NCBI GenBank assembly: GCA_034780895.1
Contig: JAUZTB010000064.1
Location: forward strand, 81,761,779-81,825,778
Length of the DNA stretch: 64,000 bases
Direction: 5' to 3'
From: Rhynchobatus australiae
Lineage: Eukaryota
The notes below the pieces were generated by a model that saw only the letters and a list, made by a program, of their open reading frames with translations, searched no databases and was not told where the DNA came from. Below, in pieces: positions 52,027 to 64,000 of this stretch (position 1 is the first letter of the stretch; each line of letters begins with the position of its first letter). The position numbers and the translations under genes are program-made.

Positions 52027-52369
52027 TTCATCCTGAGCTGGAATTTAGGGCTTGACTGTAATTCTGCCACCATTGCACCCAGCAAAAGGTGACCTTCTGT
52101 CTGGTCACCGCTCGCCATCTGTAGAAGAATTGCCTGGCTCAGGGAATCCTGTCCCATACACCTTTACATGATCTTAAAATAACTCTCGCCAGTCGGGAAC
52201 TGATGTATATTGCTGAGATGATTGGAGAGGATCCAAACCTCTGCAGGCAGACTGTTAAGGGGTTTAATTATCTTGAGCAATGGATACATTAGAAGCTGAA
52301 AAGAATCCTTTTTTTTTAATCTTCAACCGTAGCCCTTGCTAAGCCTCGCCTTCTGTCCTTGATTTGAAG

Positions 52370-52665
52370 GATGTTATCATCTAGCACGGGCACATCAAGG
52401 CTGCAGAGTGTACCATCTCCAAGTTGACTTGAAGCAACTTGATTTGGCTTTTTCCACAGAACCCCCTAAAGCTGTATGACCAGGAAGGACAAGGGCAGCA
52501 GGTTCACAGGGAAGCTACACCTGCAGGTTGCAGTCTACGACACATCCTGACTTGGAAGGATATTGGTATTCCCTCATTGTTGCTGGGTCTATTTCCCTGT
52601 CCACACGCTCACGGGAAGTAAGATGGTGGCTCATCACTGCCTCCTCAAGGGCAATTAGGGGTAGA
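52370..52665 (+). mobile_element. Old CR1/L2-group LINE 3' fragment
   Basis: gtgtaccatct, gaaggacaagggcagcagg, cacatcctgacttggaaggatattg, gctcatcactgcctcctcaagggcaattaggg. Confidence 0.6.
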
Positions 52666-53650
52666 GCCTGGATACCTGACCCAAGCCTGATGTTACCTTC
52701 AGGTTCAGATTTGGTCACTATCATAAGAAATTTAGTCCTTGGGCTCAGGTCAGGTTTAGAATGGCTGTTTCAATTTTATATCTGAACTGATCTTTAATTA
52801 CAGAAAGGCAATAAGTGCTGGCTTTGCCAACAACACAATGCCGTAATGAATAAAAAAAAATCTCACCTACTCCCTGTAAGTATGTCTATCCTTTAGTTTT
52901 AAATTCAGACATATTTTACAGCACTCAACCTGTTACACTTCCAACCAGAATTTCAGCGTTATTATCTTTTGTAACAAATGGTTTTGCTTAACTAGGTGTA
53001 TAAAAGATACTGAGTGACAAGAACTGATCCCACCAAAAAACACCATGAAATTTTATTTCTTTTAAAGTTTAATCAGCCTTCTTGGGATGAGGTAACCTTG
53101 CCGTTCTAACACAAGTATTAGATTTCACCATCCGGAACAAACATATAAGAAAAATCCAAAAAGAAAAGAAATGCACAAATCCAGTGAGAGCCTATGATAA
53201 TCAAACGTGGTTACAAATACAGCAAACCTTTGACGTTAAAAGAGAATCTCTACCTTTCTTTTGATTTCCAACCATAACCGAGCAGTCAGCATGACAAAGC
53301 ACACTTTCTGACTGAATGTTCAAATGCTCAAAAGCATGCGGACTTGGGATCAATCTCAGAAGACATTGTACACTGTTACCAGGTGAGGCACTCCAAATGA
53401 CTGATCCCCTGACCACAGTGCAAAGTAATTTAAATTAATTTTTGAAAAAGCATTGCTAATTTCCAGAGAGAGTCATGGAATTGAGAACTTAAAACCATTA
53501 AAAATAAGAGATTTTTTGAAATGTAAAGCCTCCTTTGTATTCATACCTGCTTTCAGAAGCAATAATTCATCTCTTCAGCACTTGAAACTTTGCAACATGC
53601 AGTTATCCACTGAGCAGTTAGATAATTCACACCAGCCAGGCTCATAGAAG

Positions 53651-53651
<1 letters not shown>

Positions 53652-53685
<34 letters not shown>
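53652..53685. repeat. (TG)17 microsatellite
   Basis: Direct observation. Confidence 0.98.
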
Positions 53686-53686
<1 letters not shown>

Positions 53687-55684
53687 AGAAATGACACAAG
53701 ATACCAGGTCCGAAACCTGCCTTTTGTTCATGTTTGCAGCTCTGAAGCCACTTAATCTTGTCCACGGAATGTCACTGAAAACTGTCAAATCATTTTTTTT
53801 CCAAAGGTTAAACTTTTGTTTTTAAGATAAACAAAGAATATCTTCAGCTTACCCACTTATAAAGCCTTTTGTCGCTGAGCAATCTGTTCAATCCTTTTTT
53901 AATCCACTTGTTAATTTACAATTTTAGCAGAAGCATTCTAGTGTTCAACATGGCTCTCACTCCCTCTCAGCCAAACAGCCACTCCAGNNNNNNNNNNNNN
54001 NNNNNNNNNNNNNNNNNNNNNNNNNNNNNNNNNNNNNNNNNNNNNNNNNNNNNNNNNNNNNNNNNNNNNNNNNNNNNNNNNNNNNNNCCTCTCAGCCAAA
54101 CAGCCACTCCAGCAACTAATCACCGTAAGTCCATCCTTCTCCAGTGAGGAATGTGCCACATTGCCAAGGGGGTGGGAAATCAGAAAATAAACTCTGCCAA
54201 GTGCTGTTTAAAAAAAAACCCACAAAGATGTCCACTGATTTTAATCCTGCAGGAGACAAGAGTCTCAACAGCTATTAAACAGGAGATTGTCTGCAGACGA
54301 GGAGTAATTAAATAGTTTTCCCCCACCCCTCCTCTTTCAACTCCACTTTGCTTTTTAATCATTATCTTGATAACCAGTCAGGGCTTTCTGCAAGCAAACT
54401 GATTTAAATAGCATTATTTTCTGCTCTTGTTGAAAAGCTGGTTCTGAGATAAAGTGGGTCCTTAGCTGGCAGTGAAAGTTATGAAGACATCAGGCATATT
54501 AGGATATTACAAATTACCACCTGAAGGCCACAATATTAACTGATTTGATTCTATAGGACAAACGTAACCAGAAAGAGCCACATTTACATTACACCTCATC
54601 ACATCTCTCAACAATATCTCTGTACGTCATGTACAATTAATTAATCCGAAGTCTTGAGCATTGCTACTCAGTAGTCATAGCAAAAGAGCAATAATTAACC
54701 ATTTTTGTTCTGTAAGCATTCATAGTGCAAAGTAGCTGCAAACAATGAGAAGATGGTGATTATAATGCTTATTAAAAAAATAAGCACTAACTCTATTTCC
54801 TTGCTGTTCATTGTTAAGTTTCACAGGTCAAAGTCTAAGTTGCCTCATCGAAGCCAAACCCATCAGAAGGAACTCCCCTCATTGTACAAACTATGTTCTT
54901 CAGTGACCCTGATGATAAAGTGACTCCATATTGTGGTAATGCCTTCAGAGAAAGTGAAGGCTCTGGGCTGAGTCTGGTGATCAGTACCATAGCCACCACA
55001 TTATTGGCCTTGGGGAAAAGGCATAATTAAAAAAAACAATCAAGGTTCCCATCGCTCACAAAGTGAAAGTGCACGTGTGCACATTTTTGGAGAGAAAGGC
55101 TCAGCCCTGAGCACAGCCCCAGGATAACCATGCTGCTCAGTCCCTTCCAAATCTGCACTAGTTTATAATAATGTTATTACTTTAATATTAATAATGGTGG
55201 CAAGGCATTAAGAACACAGAGGGGCAGTCATCCCCTTCCATCCACCTCACCTCATCCCACCCCGATCTAAAAATTGATGAGCCCCCTGCCACAGCCCAAA
55301 TTCAAGTAAATTATTAGATCGCTATTGAAACTGTGGGACCCACAAGTTGAGTTTGATCCCCAGCTCAACCTCCCTTATGAGAAGATTGCTTCACCACTGA
55401 TGGAGGCATCCCTATAGACAACACAAAAGCCCCAAGTACAATGGGATTATTTAATGGGTTTCAGGTTTATTTCTTGCCTTACCCAAGTACCTGCACTCCA
55501 AAATGGATACTATTAACAACAGGGGGAGAGAAATTAATTCACAGTGTAGACCCAAGTCTGGTCATATAGGGTTGTAGCATTTCAGAGTTTTGACTTGTGG
55601 CTCATGATAAAAAGTCAGTTGCATTGCCTTAGGTATGTAAATGAGGCTGAGCATTTAGGAGAGATACGAGGAGCTGACCCCTAC

Positions 55685-56003
55685 TCCTGACTGGTTGCAT
55701 CATGGTCTGGTACAGCAATTCGACTGCACAGGAACGTAAGAAACTGCAGAGAGTAGTGGACTCTGCCCAATACATCACAGGCACATCCCTCCTACCTTGC
55801 GAAGTATCTACAAGAGGTGCTGCCTCAAGAAGGCAACATCTATCATCAAATTTCCACACCATCCGGGCCATGCCATCTTTTCACAGCTACCATTGGGCAG
55901 GAGGTACAGAAGCCTGAAGTCCCACACCACCAGCTTCAGGAACAGCTACTTCCCCTCAACCATTCGGTTCTTGAACCAACCGGCAAAGCCCTAATCACTA
56001 CAG
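55685..56003 (+). mobile_element. Rex1/Babar-type LINE C-terminal fragment
   Basis: WYSNSTAQERKKLQRVVDSAQYITGTSL / IYKRCCLKKATSIIK.PHHPGHAIFSQLPLGRRYRSLKSHTTSFRNSYFPSTIRFLN. Confidence 0.9.
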
Positions 56004-56294
56004 GTCAGCAGAGATTTGAAGCCTTGGCTTTCTGATGCAGAGGCAGATTGCAGCAAGGAACCACGATTGACACTGTAATGTCTTACCTGGCCTGCTTCAT
56101 TCTGTGCAGTTCTACTAAAAGTGTCAATTGAGAGTTTTCAAAGAAATGTCCAGTATTATTTAGTCAAACATCTGTACATTTAAATATGACAATATAATCA
56201 TTGTATGCTCTGAGCATGTTTTTGTACCATCCCATTACTTTGTGCATCTCCTATTAATTCCTTTACCTTATTGAAAAATGCTACTGAAAGGAAA

Positions 56295-56870
56295 CAAAAG
56301 ATTTGCATTTCTACTGCATTTTTACAATTTTAGAATGTCCCAAAAAACTACCAAGCTAATGAATTACCTTCGAAATACTGTGCATGTTGGATTATAGGAA
56401 ATGCCATAGCAAGTTCCAAAGGAAACGATTCAATCAGTGGCCAGATTAAAATGAAAAACACGATGATGCTGGAGGAATTCAGCAGGCCAGGCAGCATCCA
56501 TGGAGAAAAGCAGGCGATCAAAGTTTCGGGTGAGGACTTTCAGCATCATCATGTTTTTCATCTAGATTCCAGCATCTACAGTCCTTTGTTTCTCTAGTGA
56601 CCAGGTTATCTGTTTAAGCTGTTGATTGAGGGATAAAGGTTGAGCAGAACAATGATAGAAACTCTCCTTCTTTAAATGTTACCAGGGATCTTTGTTGTGT
56701 ACCCAGGATGACAGACAGTGCCTTCAATTTATCGTGTCATTCAAAAGACAACATCTCCCACTGGGCAGCACCAAGTACTGCACTGAAATATCACTCTCGA
56801 TTATGTGCTCAGTCTCTGAACGCACAGCTTTCCAGTGAGACCTCTACCCATTGTGCGATGACTGGCACAA
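56295..56870 (-). mobile_element. Deu-domain SINE interrupted by a Penelope-derived mini-element
   Basis: Antisense gatttgcattt..gtcccaaa..; gttgattgagggataaag..gggatctt..tcattcaaaagacaacatctcc..gtactgcactgaaa..gattatgtgctca. Confidence 0.65.
56449..56595. mobile_element. Fold-back Penelope-derived mini-element with 13-bp TSD
   Basis: Inverted repeat ATGAAAAACACGATGATGCTG / CAGCATCATCATGTTTTTCAT (20/21); TSD AGTGGCCAGATTA (56436-48) / AGTGACCAGGTTA (56596-608). Confidence 0.8.
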
Positions 56871-57074
56871 TCTAATAGTTTATGTACAGTGGTAGTTAAT
56901 TACATATGCAACACTTTTGATTTTGTGAGCAATGTAATGTGTCACTTTGATAATCCAAGTCTTTCCTTAAGATTNNNNNNNNNNNNNNNNNNNNNNNNNN
57001 NNNNNNNNNNNNNNNNNNNNNNNNNNNNNNNNNNNNNNNNNNNNNNNNNNNNNNNNNNNNNNNNNNNNNNNNNN

Positions 57075-57232
57075 TTGTGTTCTTTCTTGTACAAATTGTG
57101 TATAATTTATGTTTTTTCTTGTGAATGCTGCTTATATACTATGTGCCTGTGATGCTGCTGCAAGTAAGTTTTTCATTGCACCTGTGCCTACATGTACTTG
57201 TCCATATGACAATAGACTTGACTTTGACTTTG
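57075..57232 (+). mobile_element. Rex1/Babar-type LINE 3' UTR/tail
   Basis: Close match to 16910-17070; ends gacttgactttgacttt. Confidence 0.85.
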
Positions 57233-57347
57233 CCTTTTAATCTGGATACATATTGCTTTGCAGATTTAAACACCAATTTAACAAAGTGAGAAGATCAGAA
57301 CTGCTTGTCGGTTGTCAGTTATCAGTCAAGTGCCAGAATTGAAAACT

Positions 57348-57850
57348 TAAAAAAAACTGCAGATGCTGGAAATCTGAAATAAAAACAGAAAATACTAGAA
57401 AAACACAGCCGGTCAGGCAGCTTCTGTGGGAAGAGAAACAATGTTCCAGGTCAGGGACCCTTTATTAGAACTGGGAAAGAGTGAAAACAAGTTAATTTTC
57501 AGTAGCAGAGGAGATGGAATCGGGATGGGTAGAACAAAGGGAATATTTCCAATAGGGTGAGACAAAATAAGTAGATGTAGCAGTAAGAGTGGCAGTACAG
57601 ACTATGCTTCTTCATCTGTATAATGTGTTCTTAATAGAAAAAGAAAATAGGAAAGGAAAAACTGAAACAAAATGACAACAGGCAGAAATGGCCAGTTCTT
57701 TTACAGACAGACAAAAAGAGAGTTACCTAAAGTTGGAGAATTTGATATCGAGTCCTGAAGGTTGCACTGTGCCCAGACAGAAGGTGAGGTGTTGTTTCTC
57801 GAACTTGCATTGGACTTCATTTAAAAAGTGCAGGAGGCCACAAATGCAAA
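57348..57850 (-). mobile_element. Penelope-like element 3' end/pLTR, reverse orientation
   Basis: aaaactgcagatgctggaaatctgaaataaaaacagaaa terminus; 57720-57830 is an antisense homologue of the KLEEQHL.F.LG.LQP..IEFS.FR end. Confidence 0.7.
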
Positions 57851-57939
57851 GGTGCTCCATAAGACTGAAAGTGTCAGAATTGGATCATGACAAACATAAT
57901 TACGGAAACTCAACTTGAAAGACTTAATAAGGTCCCTTC

Positions 57940-58630
57940 ACCTCCCCCCTCACCACCATCCAGGGACCTTAGCAGCCCCTCCAGGTGAGGCAGAGGTTCA
58001 CTTGCACCTCCTCCAACCTGCCCTACTGCATTCAGTGCTTGCGATCTGGCCGCTTTAACATTGGTGAAACCAAGCGTAGTCTAGGTGACCATTTTGTGGA
58101 GGACCCGCACTCTGTCCACAACAGTCATCTTCAGCTTCCCTTTGCACACACTAGTTGGAACTCTCCTTCCCACTCCCACACTTGACCTGTTTGTCCCTGG
58201 CCTTCAGTGCTATAGAGAGGCCAAACGCAAATTAGAAGAACAACATCTCAAATTCTGTTTGGGTATCTTACAGCCCAATGATATGAAGATTGAATTTTCC
58301 AGTTTCAGGTAGATCACACCCCTGNNNNNNNNNNNNNNCTGTCCACCTACTTTTCTTCTCCTTTTGTTTATCCTTTGTATCCCCTCCTGAACCTGGCTCC
58401 ATCTGCCCATCATCTCCTCCCCATCTGGTTCCACCTATCAGGTACCAGCCTCTATCCCATCCCCCTTCCCTCCACACTGCTATATACTGGCAATCTTTCC
58501 TGTTCTCTCTCAGTCCTCAACTGAAAATATTGACTTACACATTTTGACTTCACAAAGCTGCCTGACCCACTGAGTTCTTCCAGTGTTCTGTTTGTTGTTC
58601 TAGATTCCAGCATCTGCTGTCTCTTTTGTC
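57940..58630 (+). mobile_element. Penelope-like element: GIY-YIG endonuclease fragment plus pLTR
   Basis: QVRQRFTCTSSNLPYCIQC..SG..NIGETKRSLGDHF.E and EAKRKLEEQHLKFCLGILQPNDMKIEFSSFR; C-rich UTR; terminal ctgacccactgagttcttccag..gattccagcatctgc. Confidence 0.85.
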
Positions 58631-59811
58631 TTTATAATGAATGTATTCATTGCCAGGACATTCTTTGAGAACATTTTGCAAAGCACAAAGTGCTAACCAC
58701 AAAAAAGTTAAAATCCAATTTTCATGTTGTTGCTGAGACCCAACACAGGGCTCAGTGCTCAAAATCTACATGTTACATGTAAAAACTAAACATATCAGTA
58801 CTAATCATGTGCAACTAATTGCTTCCTTTAGCAGCAACAAACTGAGATACAGGGGAGGAATAACATACCATAACTTTAGTTGAGGTTCCACAGAAACAAT
58901 GTAAATGCTGTTTACAGCCCCTGTCTGTGACTTCCATAGATCTTCTACTGAGGACACAGTGAATAATCAGAAAGGCATCAGATAGAAATACAACCTCTTA
59001 AAAATGTTGTCGCACTCTTTAATAAGCAGTACCGGCACTATCAAAGATGTTTGTCTAATCTTTCAGAACTTGGGTTGGTGCACACGCACTATGCAATATG
59101 AGAAAGGAGCCAATAAATTACTGTGAGTGTGTTACAGAAATGTAACACAGCTGAGAAATTTTAGTGATCTGCTTAACCACAAGAATAGTTTATGTGCAGA
59201 CCCCAGCACTGCAATAGAACTATGTGGTACTTATTCAAATAGTAGACAACCTTTCATGACTTGGAGTGGGGGAGACAAAACCGGATTTAGTTTTCAGGTG
59301 CAGGAGGGTTAGTTGTCATGAATAACCTAACAAAGGTTCACAGATTAACTCAGCACACATTTTAAAGGCACAGATTCTCTTCTTGTTACATTCCTGCATT
59401 CACTTTGATATTCAAGCTTTGGCATCATCAGGCAGCTGCCTGTGAAACTGTATTCAACTCTCCAGAGAGGCACATAATAGTTTTCTAACTGAAACTGCTA
59501 ATGTAAAAAATATGTTTAAAAAAATTGCAGCTTCGGGTCAGTAAGGCACAGCAGCACCTCCAGTGAGAGGAGAGTAGTCCAGAATTTCGAGTGCACTGAG
59601 AAAGGTTGCTAGATGGAAGTTGCAATGAAATGACAACAAATGTCCTACAAAGCATTTGCCAGAAGTTTAAAAGATACCTACTAAATACTAACTTTACATC
59701 TTAAAGCAGTAATACTGTACCCTAGACTCCCACTGCCTGTGCTACACTGGGCTTCATATTGGGATCTGATTCCTACTAGATCCTTCATTTTTAAATTACC
59801 CAGTCTGAAAT

Positions 59812-60040
59812 ATGCAGCTCCAGTGACTTGGGTTCAATTATGACTTTTGGTGCTGTTAGCGTGGAGTTCTCCCTGTGACCACGTGTGTTTCCTCCCATAG
59901 CTCAAAGATATGCTGTGGGTAGGTTAACTGGTGCTGTAAATTGCCCCCAGTGGGTGCTAGGATCAGTCAGGGGAGAGGAGATATGGAGTTGATGGGAATA
60001 CGGGGAGAATAAAATGAGATTAGTGTAAATGGGTGCTTGA
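59812..60040 (+). mobile_element. Decayed V-domain SINE
   Basis: cagctccagtgacttgggttcaatt, ttctccctgtgaccacgtgtgtttcctccc, tgtaaattgcccc, gattagtgtaaatgggtgcttga. Confidence 0.7.
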
Positions 60041-60078
60041 AGGATATAATCAGATCTTTACAAGCATAACTGTAATGT

Positions 60079-60665
60079 CATAAGAACATAAAAAATAGGA
60101 GCAGGAGGACGCCATCTAGCCCGTCGAGCCTGCTCTACCATTCAATAAGATCATGGCTGATGTGGCCATGGACTCAGATCCACCCAGCTGCCTTTTCCCC
60201 ATAACCCTTAATTCCCCTACTATGCAAAAATCTATCCAATTGTGTCTTAAATATAATTAATGAGGTACTCTCTACTGCTTCCCTGGGCAGAGAATTCCAC
60301 AGATTCACTACTCCCTGGGAAAAGCAGTTCCTTCCCATCTCTGTCCTAAATCTACTCCCCGAATCTTGAAGCTATGTCCTCTAGTTCTAATCTCACCTAC
60401 CAAAGGGAACAACTTTCCTGCCTCTATCTTATCTATTCCTTTCATAATTTTATATGTTTCTATAAGATCCCCTCTCATTCTGCTGAATCCCAGCGAGTAT
60501 AGTCCCAGGTGACTCAATCTCTCCTCATAGGCTAACCCCCCCTCATCTCCAGAATCAACCTGGCAACCCTCCTCTGCACCACTTCCAAAACTAATACATC
60601 CATTCTTAAGTAAGGAGACCAGAAATGCAATCAGTATTCCAGGTGCAGCCTCACTAGTAGCCTGT
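60079..60665 (-). mobile_element. Relatively young CR1 LINE 3' end
   Basis: GLAYEERLSHLGLYSLGFSRMRGDLIETYKIMKGIDKIEAGKLFPLVGEIRTRGHSFKIRG and CR1 tail (antisense cataagaacata..aggagcagga). Confidence 0.92.
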
Positions 60666-60765
60666 NNNNNNNNNNNNNNNNNNNNNNNNNNNNNNNNNNN
60701 NNNNNNNNNNNNNNNNNNNNNNNNNNNNNNNNNNNNNNNNNNNNNNNNNNNNNNNNNNNNNNNNN

Positions 60766-60850
60766 CAGAACACTCAACACAAAAGTCACATTTCACTGTG
60801 TGTTTTGATGTACATGTGACTTATAAAGATATCTTATCCTATCTTATCTA
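60766..60850 (+). mobile_element. SINE 3' tail (same family as 32152-32455)
   Basis: catttcactgtgtgttttgatgtacatgtgacttataaagatatcttatcctatcttatct. Confidence 0.8.
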
Positions 60851-61504
60851 ATTAGTGAGTGATGTTGGCAAGGGATCGGGGATTTACATAAATAGGCTTA
60901 GCACTGGCCTGTCCTTCAGCCAATCAGATTGATAAATCAGTACCGAATCTGATATCGGGGGTTGAATATTTTATACAAAACTAAATCACATAAAGAAAGA
61001 AAATCAAGTAAAATGAAGAAATGGAACTAAGTTTTATTTAAATTTCTAAAAATTTAAGATCTTTAAAGATAATTAAAATCTGAAGAAATGAGGCTACATG
61101 TTTGTAAACTGATAAATTACTAATAAACATACATTTCATAACATTTGTTTTGTTGTGGAGAGTATGCTTATCAGTAATTGAATCTGATTCATTTGTTAAA
61201 AATTCATTTACCCTTGAATGAACAGCACTAACATTTCTGGCACATTTAGGCAGTGCCCAGCAAGTACTGTGTTGTCACAACCTGCATGTGCTTGAATGCA
61301 AATGCTGTTAATTAACATTAGTGTTGAAAAGCTTGTGGAAGAGCAGACAAATCAAGCAGCAGTTTTTGATCCCTGCATTTAGCCACATGTGAATAGATGC
61401 CCGAAGGTATATAATTTATTCCCTCCCAATGAATGCTGGTCATCTCGTCATTATTCCTATCTCAAGATCCATGCCAATGTGACAGAGAAATGTATGTATA
61501 AATG

Positions 61505-61905
61505 TCTTTTTATTTTACTGTTTACATCACTCTACTGCCAATGAAGTATTTTCAAAGTGTAGTTACTGTCATGCAGTAGGAAGCCCAGCACCTAATGAAT
61601 CCATAGAAAGCTTGCACAAAAAATATTGTGATAACATCATAAGCTGTTCTGAGCAGTTGGTTAATGGGTAAATGCCAGTCAGGAGATGGGAGAACTCCGT
61701 GGCTCTTTGAAATGGATCCATGGACATGCTTATGTCCACCTGTGAGAGCAGATTGACATAAAGCTTGATCTAAAGGACAGTGCTACACTCCTTTAGTTCT
61801 GTACCAGGGTGACATTACATTTTTGTGCACGTCTCTGGAGTGGAACTTGAAAATGGAACCTCCTGATTTACAGACAAGAGACCTATCAATGGAACCACAC
61901 CTGAC
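61505..61905 (-). mobile_element. Deu-domain SINE remnant
   Basis: gccaatgaagtattttcaaagtgtagttactgt..gggagaactcc..ccatgg..tatgtccacctgtgagagcaga..tgtgcacgtctctggagtggaacttgaa. Confidence 0.65.
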
Positions 61906-64000
61906 ATCTCTGCAGGTTTTATATTCAGATACCTGAGTATTGAACAATATAAACTACTGGCAAGATTCCTAAATATGGATACAATAACAACAACTTTTAA
62001 AATCTTCAGTATTTCTTCTTTTGAACTTAGCATTGCATTCCAGCATGGACATTGCAATCTGAATGTCCTTGGCTAAAATTTCTCCTGCACATTAATAACC
62101 AACCCCAACTGCGGCCTCAATGTTTATTCTGCATGCCTTGGAGGTTTATTGCCTTGTACATTCTGGGATTCCTAGTTTTATCACTTAACTGTTACAGACA
62201 CAGTAACATACAGATGATAAACAGAGGCAGCCTCAAAGTTAACGTACATCACACACTGTTCCTGAACTGACAGGACTAACAATCCACACAGTGGATCATT
62301 TCTGAACTAATATTGTTTTTGCTTGTAATGTGAAGTGGAACAGTGATTCTACAACGGATACAGACCATGGTAAGTAATTTCATTGCTTGGTAAGGACACA
62401 TCATAGAGTCATACAACATGCGAGGAGGCGACTTTGCCCATCATATCTTTGCTGGATCTTTAAAAGAGCCATTCAATTAGTCCTGTTCTCCTGCTTCTTG
62501 ACCAGGAAGCTGTCTATTTCCACTATTCAAAGGAATTCCCCTTTGATAATCACTATTGAATCTTTCCATGATTATAACAGTTTTACTGGTTATTTCCTCC
62601 AAGAATTGCTTTGTTCATTTTTAACAACACAAACCATATGCTTTTCAGACTGCTCACTTAATGGAACTGCATGGAATAAATGATGTAGAAGTGAGATTAC
62701 AATGAACAGAAATAAACATTAACACATATTTTGTAGAAAATTCCCCTATATGGCCATGTATGTCATGTTAAAAGTAAGGTCAATAGTATGTTCAGTATTA
62801 CTAATTCATTCATTCAACTAAATCAAATTTTCTGTCATTAGCAGGTGAAAAGTGAGCCAGAGAATTTGCAAAGCATATGAACTGCTATTTGGTGCCCTGT
62901 GAAGTTCTTTCCACTAATTATAGAGTGGAGGAGGGAAAAAAAGACCTTATCACATCCACAGAAGGCCTGAGAACGGTGGGTCACACCTTTTCACACTGCT
63001 CTACAAATTATGATTGCAATACAATATTCCAGAAACTGAATTGTTCCAGATTTTTAAATCCGAACCTAAGACCCTTTACAAAGTAAAGTTCCCAAGTTTC
63101 AGTCACCATTTTTCTTGCATTTTTCTTGCTCAGGATGATTCATAAACAATGCAATAACTTCCTGCTGCTCTTTCAAAAGAGGCATGGTCACTGGGACCGC
63201 TCACATGCACTGTTACAAGCAACAGTCCCACTTTGACACCTGGCCTGTGCTGATGATCTTGGTGCTGTGGTTCAATTGGCCTCAGGTGGTCGTGGATTAG
63301 AAAGGAGAGAAAAAAAGCGTAATTACTGATCACTAGTTACTGACTCCTGTAGAAAGGATGATAAAGTGATTGGATCAAGACAGGTAAGACCAAACTCAGA
63401 TGAAGAGCCTGTTTCTTTGATTTTACTGCTTTCTTATCATTGCACGTTCTATAGGAGAATAGTGTTACATGGTGGATGCTCAGGCTGATGTGAACCTGCC
63501 TTTTGTAGTTAAAACCACCGACAGATGAAAATCGCACAGAGCCAAGAGATTTTCTGGGCCTCCACAAACTATGAACGAGGGAGTCTCATTCAAACACACT
63601 GGCTGGCTGGCTGCTCCACTGAAAGACAACTCTGGGCCTGGTGCTCAAGCTCTGGTCCCTCTTCCTGATGGAACAATCGAGAGCACGGTTCAAACAAAAC
63701 ATCTTCCGACGTACAGGTGGAAATACTACCACAAAGACAAAAGCTCTTGGAAAACCTGTTGATCCAAGGCTACATCCTCTCCCCTCTGAACTTTTATGGC
63801 AGTGCTATAAAGGAATACCTCCTGTGCTGAGGGCATCATTATCATTCAATCTGAATACCTTTAATCTCCAGCAGCTGCAATTTTCCAGGACATGGGTGCA
63901 GCTGAGAAGAGTGGATCACAGGTTTTCACATCACTCTAAAAATTGTGGTTGCAATACAACTTTCAGTGAATTGAGTTGATCCACTGATTTAAATCTCTTG

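Noticed and set aside
51477-52157. Long ORFs (177-200 aa) over the repeat
   Set aside because: Made of N read-through plus a stop-free 33-bp repeat; no coding evidence.
62360-63290. Plus-strand ACCATG|GTAAGT donor with acceptors at 62844 and 63133 (possible gene start)
   Set aside because: Splicing the ATG to either acceptor meets a stop within 12 codons; no recognisable product. A non-coding transcript cannot be excluded.

Overview
Eukaryotic (vertebrate) genomic DNA of about 40% GC (by eye) with many N gaps. The repeat content (V-domain SINEs, Deu-domain SINEs, CR1, Rex1/Babar, RTE, L1, Penelope-like elements) points to a cartilaginous fish, probably a ray. I found no intact host protein-coding exon. 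Every ORF in the track that I could recognise is a decayed retroelement fragment, and the rest look like chance ORFs or N-read-through artefacts. The window looks intronic or intergenic, possibly within a minus-strand transcript: there are several minus-strand splice-site pairs with stops in all or most frames, and a promoter-like CRE/GC/CCAAT/octamer cluster at about 26.45-26.52 kb. The most notable signals are: (1) small fold-back Penelope-derived insertions with target-site duplications, one carrying a minimal hammerhead-ribozyme core at its hairpin apex; (2) a TA-flanked Tigger-like MITE containing a 16-bp-phased array of NRF1-type GCGCATGCGC sites; (3) a homogeneous 33-bp hairpin-containing minisatellite. 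I cannot support a claim of a new multi-gene system. Repeat family names come from recognising motifs by eye, and boundaries of old repeats are approximate.
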